Below are positions 13,801 through 24,300 of a stretch of DNA of 64,000 nucleotides, piece after piece. The notes beneath the pieces are model-generated. The model was not told the DNA's origin and did no database searches. It saw only the letters and a program-made list of their open reading frames with translations. The stretch is from positions 16,988,001 to 17,052,000 of the forward strand of contig CM060731.1 in assembly GCA_030704615.1 (NCBI GenBank). Reading direction: 5' to 3'. This DNA is from Takakia lepidozioides (taxonomy: Eukaryota > Plantae > Bryophyta). A program made the position numbers and the translations under genes. Numbering within the stretch: position 1 is the first letter of the stretch; each line of letters begins with the position of its first letter.

Positions 13801-14109
13801 GAGGCTATTCGAGATCGTCTCTCAATACTGCCCCAGTTTGGATTCATGTCAGCTTGTGCAGATTTAAAGTTTGACATAAGGGCAGTTTCATCCTAACCTA
13901 GAAACGTACCAATCGGCAAAAGGACATGAGGGAGGTGAAGTAGAGGAAGGGGTTTTACTGGCCTGCATTCGCAGAAAGAGAGCTCGCTCATGGTCGCCAG
14001 AATCCATAGCTTGTACTGCACCGTCTTCCACAGTTTGCAGCCTGCTGATTGGCTCCTTCAAGAACACCGACTCACTGTCCAGCTCCGCATCAACTCTATT
14101 TTTACTCAT
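7855..14109 (-). CDS. TTC23/TTC23L-like tetratricopeptide repeat protein, multi-exon
   Basis: Exon fragments: MSKNRVD...RALFLRMQ (14109-13963); ALALAKLCFEDP...LAKAHLQLSSTY (~12916-12815); DISNSPIHEAFGDFY (~10624-10415); ...PLYSKMAK (ends 10083); TRGKQGEDEDASKLYERGIEC (~9463-9320); KYNDSIAVLDKA...VIVAE (8775-8557); TLKYLGDV...AKKYYSRALRILRRRLGPHD (8094-7855). The TPR consensus is clear and both termini resemble animal TTC23 from memory. Some internal exons are unresolved. Confidence 0.6.
8217..8237. repeat. (GA)n microsatellite in the last intron of the TPR gene
   Basis: Run of about 10 GA units. Confidence 0.9.
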
Positions 14110-14676
14110 GGTACCCAAAGCTTCTACAAACAGCCCCGGAGCGGGAAGCACGGAGACAGCAGGAACCGATAGAAGTAGGTTATCAAGACATCTAGAATCG
14201 GTGCAGAATTTTTTCTAGGGTTCTTGTGGGGCTCTGGGAGAGAAACCCACGCCACATTGAGCAACACTTGAGCGAACCCACCAACAGTTTTCTCCTGTCT
14301 TTCTCGCTATACAGCATTCTGTCTGCAGATGTATACCATCCCATCACGGATCTGCTTGAGCATCTGCTCAACAACCCTTTTGAATGTCTCTGGTCAGTGT
14401 GCCATGAAAGCAGAATGTGACTGTTGGTGGTTAAGGTCGTTTGGGGTAGCGCCCCAATTGGTCAGCCAAGGGGTGTTCCTGTAACCCTGTGGAGGGCCCT
14501 TTCTGGATGAACCCAATTCTCATTCACCATACTTACTTTTGCATGGCCGGCGATAGTTGATTATTGGGCAATGGATGATTTGAACACCGGATTCGGCCCA
14601 GGTCAATTAAGAGTCCATGTTTTGCGAAGGAAAGGAATCATGGGTAGCCTGATTTCAAGCATTTCTTGCTGGCTTG

Positions 14677-16040
14677 TGATGCCCCATAATCCCCTAGCCT
14701 TAGAATCTGCTTTATCATTATGTATTTGTGGCGTTGAGCCCGTTTTACCTTGTCTGGCCCAAACGATGACACAAGCTTGTCTTCATTTTGGAAACCATGC
14801 ACATCCTATCTCACAAGGGGATTGCACGGAAACATTGGGATCCATTTGCCAACTTGTGCAGGAGAAACTACTCAAAACACCTACTGCAAAGACATCTGCA
14901 ATTGGATTGGCAGCCAATAACTCGTTCCTTGGCACACACCTCATTGGGGCTGAGGATGGCTCTAATCCTAAACTGGATGAAGTGGCTCTAGAAGGTGTTT
15001 TGGACAAATTCTCTTCCATCAGTTCTCCGAACATTCGCCATCAAATCAATCTTTTCCGTTTGGGACCTTCAGGCAGAGGATCTCTGGACAACATACTTGA
15101 ATTGAAGAGAAGAAGTCGAGACGACTCCATACAAGATAGCATCTTTCCCGGGCAAGGAGCATCCAAGGTTTACCACTGGGGAGGGCAGTGGAGTGCATCT
15201 GGTACGTCGTGTGCAACCAGGTGGAGATCTCCAAGGGGCTTGGCTCATGTTCGACCATGTCAAACGATTGAAGGACTGGACGACAATGGCGTGTCACATC
15301 TACGACCCCTGCTATCAACGAGTCATGACAATTGGGGTTTGCGAATCAGAAGATGCAGACTCGCAAGTCCTTATGTGGACTCATCAACGTCATGAAGACT
15401 CGTGGTATGCCTCAACCACATTTTAAAGGCTTCATAGCAGACATCGCCCATGCTAACTTCAATGCTATTTGAGGAGTATTTGGTTCAGGTGACCACAAGA
15501 TTCCAATAGAAAGAATGGAGAGAATTTACAATCACCTTCATTTGTTGTAGTCTTTGGACAGACACACAAAACGACTCATCAAGCCAAACCTACATGATGA
15601 ACAGAAGATGTCTACAATACAAAGATGATGCAACATTGGCAAAGGCTGAGACCTCCTATCATGTTATCCGTGCATGGTGGTTGTTTTCCGGGGCTAGTAC
15701 TGAGGAGCAAATCCAAGAACTTAACGATTGGCTAGGATTTTGGCAATACATGAGAACGGTACTAAGTTTTTTTACCATCGTCGTTTCCTTTCTCATCTTT
15801 TTGTCTTCTTTCTTGTCTCTCTTTTACCAATTTATATTGAGTGCGTGCACGTCTGAACTTCCAATCTATACACATGGGTGCATGATATTTCTCTTGAAGA
15901 AGATGCAAACATGACATCTTGTAACTTGGCCGAAACAGTCCACAATGCATGGCAACAACAATCAGGCAAAAAAAACAACAGACTTGTATAATGTAACAGC
16001 TGACGACCTCATTAGGGCCTATACAGCAATTGCATGGTAT
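14677..16040 (+). mobile_element. Degenerate Mutator-like (MULE) DDE transposase, N-terminal and core part
   Basis: Frameshifted pieces: AWLMFDHVKRLKDWTTMACHIYDP, FKGFIADIAHANFNAI*GVFGSGD, SLDRHTKRLIKP, IRAWWLFSGA...LNDWLGFW, CNLAETVHNAW, DDLIRAY..AWY. The D...D...E layout fits a MULE transposase. Confidence 0.65.
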
Positions 16041-16539
16041 GGTGGACCAAAATCGGCAATTTTTCCTCCATGGAAGTCCATATAGGTACCTCAAATTGAG
16101 GGAATTTATCCAAATATTTAATTTTAGATTATAGATATGATATATTTAACACTTTTAGTAAAAAGTCCCACCCCAAATAGGCTAGAATTTTAGTATTTAA
16201 TTCTGAAAAATAGAAAATAGTTTTTTATTTCTAATAATTATAGATTTTTGAAATTTTTCCATATATCACTTGGCACCTCTAGATTATGGGTTTTTACACC
16301 ATTTTAGTAATAATGATATCCCAAAAGCCTCTAAATGAGGATGATGTACATTAGGGAAAATAGGCCCAGTTTGGGCCCAATGTTTAGTATAAATTAGTCC
16401 ATACCTCTCATTCTTGATGTTTTTAGTCCATATAAAAATGCATTTGGGTAGCTTTAAAAAATGGCACCCCTACTGTGTTTTTCTTTTTGTTATTACTTAG
16501 GTGTAGGGCGGAATGTTTTCTAGAAGAACTTCACGCCAT

Positions 16540-17575
16540 CTCAGCTGCTAGCAGCAAGGCTTAGGGATGTATTTATGATTTGTATACGGGCAGGGATAGC
16601 TGAAGGATTAGGGATAGTTGAGGGGCCAAGGATAGAGGTCCAGATTCATGTTCATGTTCAGGTTCGGGCTGAGGGATCAATAGCTACAAGAAATGAGCTG
16701 GAGTAGATGGTCAATTGTTGTAAGTGGAAACAGTAGCGGCAGCAGCACAATTGATAGAATGAGGTGCTGCTAATGAAGGTACTTTCCTCAACACATTTCA
16801 GCCTGTTTTTCCAAGTATGGTTGGGGTGTTTGCTAGAACAAATCTAGGCTGTCATCGTCAACGCTAGCAGCAAGGCAATGATGTATGCATGATTTTGTGC
16901 AGAGACATGGATAGTTGAAGGAGTAGGGATAGAGTGTGGGTGCAGATTCACCCAAGAGGGTCGGACTTCAAGCTCCAGATTGACTATGTAGCTACAAGAA
17001 ACCCAATCTAGGTAGATGGTCAACTCGTAGTAGCGGCACAATTTATAAAATCACACACTGCTAATGAAGGCCCATCTTCTTCGACACATTTCACCTTGTT
17101 TGTCCCTCTTATCAGAATCGGCCTTAAATTTTCGTGTTGAATTCTGCAAGTTAGCTAGTTGAGTGAATCTAGTTTGGAGTGACTTTGACATGATACGCAA
17201 AATGTGACAACATGAAAGTATCAAAAAACAAGTAACAAAGATGAGGAGAAGCTGTGGAATGAATACTTTTCTGCCCCAATCAATGATGAGACAACCGAGG
17301 CAAGAAAGTGAATGTTTGTTACATTTCAGAGAGTAGCAGACGCAATTCAACATAGGAACTAGTGTGATAAGCTGAGTTGGGTGTTTCCTACAACAAATCT
17401 AGGTTGTCATCGTCAGCTCATAGCAGCAAGGCATGGATGAATGCATGATTTGTGCAAGGGCATAGATAGCTGAAGGAGCAGGGATAGAGTGTGGGTACAG
17501 ATTCATCCTAGAAGGCTAGATTCTTGTGGATCAATAGCTACAAGAAACCTCCATGGGTAGATGGTCTATTCCGTG
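16540..17575 (+). pseudogene. Three tandem degenerate intron-exon units encoding PDF-motif halves
   Basis: The same intron block (agcagcaaggc...gggatagag..gggt(g/a)cag|attca) occurs three times. Exon relics: IHPRGSDFK (from 16946), EEKLWNEYFSAP..Q**DNRGKK|GT (17243-17307), IHPRRLD..LWINSYKKPPWVDGL (17501-17568). Confidence 0.75.
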
Positions 17576-17949
17576 GAACTCAATCTATCACTGAAGTCTT
17601 GCATTATAAGGATCATAACTGCTTTGCAGCTTACTTGCTCGAGGCCTTGACCCTTAGGCAATCCCCAGAGTAGTAATAGCTTTTGGGCTGCTTTTTTACT
17701 TTGGTTTTTTCATTTTGTCCCATAAGCTCTTTGAGCTTTTTGCTGATGTAATAAAGTACCATTTTGTTTCATTTCATTCATTTTCATTTCATTTTGTTTC
17801 ATGGCATGTCTTTCATCGTTTGTGCATTTCTAATGCATGATTAGTTCTCTTGTATGGCATTACATGCGTATGTACTAGTCGGCTCACTACAAACACCAAA
17901 ACTTCAAAGCATGAACCACTATGAATGATTGTTCAAGTAATTTCGAGCA

Positions 17950-19451
17950 TTTCATTTAAAGTAGTAAAGCAGTGGTTGCGCCGACTTCCGCAGTCGCAGT
18001 TGTCACTGTGCATGTAGCACTGCAAGTCATGTGGTCAACTACCACGTGGCGCCCCGAGACTATGGCCACGTGGCAGCAGTGAGCTACTCGTCGCCACAGC
18101 GGCACATCAGCGTCCACGTCGTCATCCACGTCCGCGTCCATGTGGCACTGCGGTCCGCTGAGTCATTCCCCTCATGCGGAGGGGAAAAGTCAAAGTCAGC
18201 CCAAAAAGTCAGACACACGGGCGGCTGGCTTGGTTACGACACGTGGTTCTCCAACAATAATGGGAATTAAATTTTTGCAGTCGTTCAAGCATCTGCGGCC
18301 TTTACCACTCCAATCATTGGATGTCCGATACAACTTCCATGTCTGTTGTTTACTACTTGAGTCGATTCCGCGTTTTTTGTCATTTCGACTCAAAATGAGT
18401 TGTTTTCCCCAGTTGTAAAAGACACGAATGCTTGTTGTGAGGGCATGGTGGAGTGGTGCACGTTGAAGTTATAGGGAGTATAGTAGCTTGTGGCTATTTG
18501 TGGGTGCATGAGCTGGGAGGTAATAAGATTAAGAGGTGAACTAAGCAGGCTGAACTGAGATTTGAGGTACTGTATAAGGCTAGACCGCGACATGGTGCGA
18601 GATACTTGCGGAATTATAGATAAAAGAGGGCCAAACAGGGGGTAATGTTTGTTATGGGGGGGGGATTGTGAAGGAAGGGTGAGTATGCTCCCAGTATATA
18701 GATGGAATTCGAGCTGGTGGGGGGTGACATATGGCCCAACTCCATAGCCTGCTCCACTGTAGTTAGATGGTATTGCTCGTTGCCTCGATGCGAGGTAGAA
18801 AATCGCCTCACCAGAGGTGCGCCCATTGGGGGCGGCAAAGGTCTAAAGAGGTGCTCCATTTTTTGAGTGCATTGTATCATCTTCTGTTGTAAGGACGAAC
18901 AAACCTGTGAATGCAGGCGCTGGAGAGCCCACATTGGATCTGAAAATATGAGTTTTGCATTTCACATTTATGAATTTGCTCGCACAACCGAACATGCCAC
19001 TTTAGAACCGGCAGGGCTTCTTTCAATGTGCCATGCACTCTCATTACAACTGGACTCCACCACATATGCAACAAGTTTAATAGTGGTTGTTGAGGTCCTT
19101 CCAACAACCTTGTGAGTCAGCGACAAAGAATGGGTAGAGAATACCGTACAGTGTTGCACATTGGAAGCCACATTCACATTGAAAGATGTGATGCGTGGAA
19201 TGTAAAAGTTATCCCTATCTGAGTGGTCAGAATTGGTTGCGGAGCCTGGGGGCATGTCCAATTTACGTTTGCATGAACCCGCGAATCTTTCTTCACCCTC
19301 CAAGTGAGGCACTCGTGAGAGAATAAGGCTCCCAAAAGCATTATATGCCTCAGCCAATTTGCGTGGATCTCCATACCTATTGGCTGCAGTTGTAGCTCAT
19401 TGATATCTGGCCCATGCCCAGAAGATCAACCTCTCAAATAGTCTCGGTACC
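17950..19451 (-). mobile_element. C-terminal half and probable terminal region of the same MULE-like element, inverted
   Basis: The minus strand from 19449 reads YRDYLRG*SSGHGP...GDPRKLAEA...PHLEGEE..GSCKRKLDMPPGS...WHI, continuing the frame that breaks off at 16040. A GC-rich CCACGT/CCACGTGG cluster at 18040-18150 resembles MULE terminal repeats. Confidence 0.55.
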
Positions 19452-19619
19452 TTGTTTGTTGAATGTAAGGTAGTTGCAGGCTACGGATGTTTATACGGTC
19501 TAAGATTTGTAACTACAGTAGAGACATACTCCAATTTTTTATTGTAAAAAAAGATCACCTATGAAAGAGCTATGGACTCTTAAAGTTGAATCTTACGGAC
19601 TGCATTACACATTGTGTGT

Positions 19620-20345
19620 GCAAGGTGTGTGCTGCTTCCACATGGAATTCTTAAAATCCGCCCTCTTGGATGAATCTGAACCTAATACCCTAGATTTGTT
19701 CCAGCAAACACCCCAACCCTACTTAGAGCACTAATTCCTATGCTGACTTGCGTTTGCTTCCAACAGGCATTCACCAAGTTTTGCCTGGATTGTTCCACCA
19801 TTGACTAGGGTCGGAAATGTATTCATTCCAGAGCTTCTCCACATCTTTATTATCTGTTTTTCGATACTTTCCTGTCAACCACAGTGGCAGTAACATGTCA
19901 AAATCACTCCAATACCACCATAGATCCACCAACGAGCTAACTTGCAGTATTCAACATGAAAATTTAGGGACGACTCTGATAGCAGGGGAAAACATGGTGA
20001 AATATGTTGAAGAAGATACTTTCATTAGCAGTGGGCCTTGTTTTATCAATTGTGCTGCTGCCGTTGTTGTTTCCAGTTGACCATCTACCCAGTTGTAGCC
20101 GCTGTGCTATTGAAGAAGGTGCCCCCCTTCCCCCATCATTTGATCATAGGTCTCCAAAGCCTCCATACCATGTCCCTGCTGTGCATACCCTGCAAGCATC
20201 GCGTTCCATGACACCACATTTGGTTCAGCCATAGTATTGAAAACTCCCTTTGCATCCTTAATGCACCCACATTTGGCATAGACGTCCACCAAGGCAGTGT
20301 TCAGGATGACATCTGGTACAATTCCTGCTTTGACGATGTCACCAC
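19620..20345 (-). pseudogene. PLS-PPR fragment joined to a further PDF exon unit, cut off by LTR sequence at about 20346
   Basis: 20340-20125 reads DIVKAGIVPDVILNTALVDVYAKCGCIKDAKGVFNTMAEPNVVSWNAMLAGYAQQGHGMEALE. It is followed by WVDGQLE..., EKLWNEYISDPSQWWNN (19839-19789) and cag|IHPR. 19690-20095 is an inverted homologue of 17000-17400. Confidence 0.8.
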
Positions 20346-20670
20346 CTTGGTCGTTTTCCGGCTCGCACGCTTACTCACTAGTTTTTGGTCACCAACGGGC
20401 TTGCACCGCTCTCGGGGTTACTACTCCCTATATATACTTCTGTGACTGTCCGCGGGGGTTTCACAAACAACCCTACCATTTTATGGCAAACCACCATGAA
20501 AACCCTCGACTCCCGGTGGTGAGTCGCGGTGAGTCTTGGCCCACCCACCACGGCCCCATTGGGCCGTGATGAGTCCCAAGACTCCCCACGACTCCCACCA
20601 CAAGGTTTCCGCCCCATGGTGAGTTCTATGCCACCCCCACTAAGACCCACTAAGCTACCACCACCCCTTG

Positions 20671-21352
20671 TGTCGCGCACCTCACTTCGGTAAGCTCCCC
20701 TTCAAGTCATAGTTACTCGCTCCGATGCGCGCGCCTGACTCCCAACCTGGCCGCCCGGGCCAACTTGGAGCTTCGGCTGCTCACCGGGACATAACGGTCC
20801 CCCCTTCGATTCCCACTAAACCCTCCACCTATTTGGGCCTAGGGGAATTCCCTTTGGTAGATGGCAGTCCGGAACAGCTCCCCACTCTTTGGTCGCTTTT
20901 CGGCTCGCTCGCTTACTCACTAGTTTTTGGTCACCAATGGGCTTGCACCGTTCTCGGGTCACTACTCCCCTTATATATACTTCTGTAGCTGTCCGCGAGG
21001 GTTTCACAACCAGCCATGCCATTTTATGGCGAACCACCACGAAAACCCTCGACTCCCGGTGATGAGTCACGGTGAGTCTTGGCCCACTCACCACGGCCCC
21101 TCTGGACCGTGATGAGTCCCAAGACTCCCCACGACTCCCACCACGAGGTCTCCGCCCCCATGGTGAGTCCTATGCCACCCCCACCGCAACCCGATGTGCG
21201 GGGCTCCACCTAGTGAGCGCCTCCGCCTCCTTGAGTGCCTTGGGCACTCAAGGTGCTTCAGCCCCCCCATACCTATCGTTGCCGCTGCCCCCACCACAGG
21301 GGCAGCCCCTCATGTGTCCCGACCCCCTGCCTCAAGGCAAAGGGCCGCGACA
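20671..21352 (-). repeat. 3' LTR of chromovirus copy A (682 bp)
   Basis: 7-bp terminal inverted repeats; preceded on the minus strand by a G-rich tract (GGTAGGGGTGTG, 21353-21364). Confidence 0.9.
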
Positions 21353-24300
21353 CACACCCCTACCAACAGGGAGTCGATGTCCTCATCGACTTGTCCATTT
21401 TGTAGAAACGAACATCCAAGTTGTGGCGTCCCACATCAAGGAGTTTGTTTCCGTACCATGGCGTCCCATGGCAAAGAACCAGACCCCACACTTGACTCTA
21501 CTCTCCACTAGCTAGTTCGGCCGACTTCCTCCAAGTCCCGGCCAAGGGTGGAGCCTCTCAAGCTCCTCCCAGTGCACTCTTCTTGGCCTACTTCAAGGCC
21601 AAGGAACGATCCTCCCCGAGGATCGAATCGCCTTACTGCAACAACATTGCTTGCGATCGCTCATGATGCCGCTTTTGGCATCACCTTGAGCAAGGGTTCC
21701 CTGGAACCCTCTTTGACTAGGAAGATAACCTTGAACCAACCGTGCGCCCCAATCACTACAATTGGGTCCGCCTTGGAATGCTGGCATGAGGTACGGGAAC
21801 ACGCCGAAGCCGCACTACGACTTCGTCTCGAGGCTACACGATTATAGTACGTGAACGGAAGCACGTAGCTTCCGCGTTAGCCCGCACTACAAGACAACCC
21901 CCTCGGTAGCGCAGTCATAGTGCCAGGTGCGCACTAGCACGTGAACTCCCAAAGAAGGCGCAAGTTTCCTTGCCCCTTGGATGGGGGTCACCCGATTTCG
22001 GCACTACGCAAACACACGATTAACCCAATTTACCTCTCCCACTTTTATAAGCTAGCATGCATTCTACACACTAGTCAACCATATCATGCATCACCATTCC
22101 AGACAAAATAGGACGCACACATTTGGAATCCATTTCATTTATAGCACGTTTTGTACAATACAAGTTTTTGCAATCGGATTCCTAAACTAGCTAAACCGGG
22201 CTAAGCATGCATTTCCTCCCCCACGCTCCAAGGTTGATGTCCCCATCAACGCTTCTTGTGCTTTTGAGGTCGCCCTTCGAAAGCTGCAACCGCCTCAGAT
22301 GCGTTTCCCATTTCTGAGGCACGCACCCAAGATGCCTCCACATGATGATAGCCCTTCCATTTGACGAGATACTCCGTTTCTCGGTTCTTCAACCTCCTCG
22401 ACTTAAGTATTGCCTCCACCTCGTACTCAGGTTCATTTTCATGATCCAACAATATAGGTGGCGGACGCAACACTTGATGCCGATTCGGACGCGCTTCATC
22501 TTTGAAGTAAGGCTTCAAAAGGGAGACATGGAATACTGGGTGCACCTTGCTGTTTGCCGGTAGCTCCAATTCATACACAACCTCATTCATAACCTTCCGA
22601 ATGCGAAAGGTCCCGCATACGGAGGTACGAACTTCGGACTCACTTCGGAGTAGTCGAAAATTCTTGATGTTCAACCAGACCTCTGTGCCTGCCTCAAATT
22701 TCACTTCCCTCCGTTTCCGATTCGCCTGCCTTTCATACCGTTTCCTAGCTTTGGCAATGTTGTACTTTGCGAGCTTCAACAAACGCTCGCGTTCTTCCAG
22801 TACCGCCGCTACTGCCGGTTCCTCAACGTCCTGGGCGGCCCAACTTGTCGGCACCAGAGGTGCTTTTCCATAGACCAATACGAAAGGGGAAACTCCCGTT
22901 GCGGAGTGTTCTGTGTTATTATAACAGAACTCTGCCGCGTCTAAGTGTTCCACCCAGTCTGTTTGGTCTGCCGACACGTAATTCCGCAAGATCTGCTTCA
23001 CTACGGAATTCACTCTTTCTGTTTGGACGTCGGTCGTAGGTCGGAAGGCGGTGCTCATCTTCAGCCTCATCCCCATCTTCTTCCAAAGTGCCCTCCAAAA
23101 TTTACTCGTAAACTTTGGATCGCGGTCCGAGACCAATATCCTTCGGGACTCCATGATGCTTTAAGACGTGGGCGAAGTAAAATTGCCCTGTCTCCTGCGC
23201 CGTTGCCGTCTCTTTGGTGGGGATGAAATGGCCCATTTTACTGAACCTATCCACCACCACCATGATTGCATCGAATCCTTTTGACAGCGGCATATCAGTC
23301 ATGAAATCCATCGAGACGCTTTCCCAAGTCCCCTCTGGAATCGGCAAGGGTTGTAACAGCCCGGCTTGCTTTTTGTACTCGCTCCGGTTTTGTTGGCATG
23401 TGGTGCATGTCTTGACATACTCCTCTGCCTCCTCCCTCAGTTTGGGCCAGAAATGCTCTTTCTTCAAGAGTGCCGCAGTGTGCTTGGCTCCGCCGTGGCC
23501 CGCAAGCGGGCTATCATGGCATTCTCTCAAGAGACTATCTCTGATCCCTCCCTTCGGCACGTAGAGACATTTTTGCTTATACCGGAGCAGTCCATTTTGC
23601 AAGTGGAACTGCGATTTAACCCCCATCCTCAAGTCCTGCATCATGGACTTCGCCAGCTCATCTTCCGGCAAGCATTTCGGATCTTCCTTTGGAGCGTCGT
23701 CTCGCCCTTGTACACCAACAAGAGCTGCTGCTTTCTACTTAAAGCATCGGCCACCACGTTGTCTCGTCCCGGTTTGTACTGGATATCCACGTCGAACACC
23801 GCCAAAGTATCTTGCCACCTAAGTTGTTTTGGGGACAACTTGGGCTACGTGGCAAAATACTTCACCGTGACATTGTCCGTGAACACCTTCATTGGGTCGG
23901 AACCAACATAGTGGCGCCAAAGCTCAAGGCAATGCACCACTGCCTTCATCTCTTTTTTGTGCGTCGGCCACCGTCGCTCCACTTCATTCAGTTTCTTACT
24001 TTCGTAAGCTACTGGACGTCCATCTTGCATCAGTACACCCCCAATCGCGAAGTCCGACGCATTTGTATGAATCTCGAACGGACGATCGAACTCCGGGATT
24101 TTCAAGACTGGAGCTTCCGCCATCCGCTGCTTCAATCAGCAAAAGCTTGGCCACAAAAGGTGTTCCATGCCCAGACTTTAGATTTACACAGAAGGTCTGA
24201 CAGCGGCCCCGCAATCTTGGCAAAATTTCTCACATACTTCCGGTAATAGGAGGCGAGTCCTAGGAAGGATCGCACTCCCGGGACTGAAGTCGGAGGCTCC

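Noticed and set aside
16041-16500. AT-rich segment as a MITE
   Set aside because: No convincing terminal inverted repeat pair or TSD; one end coincides with the inversion breakpoint.
16540-17575. CRISPR-like repeat-spacer array
   Set aside because: Eukaryotic context; the units are long degenerate intron-exon duplications, not short identical repeats with unique spacers.
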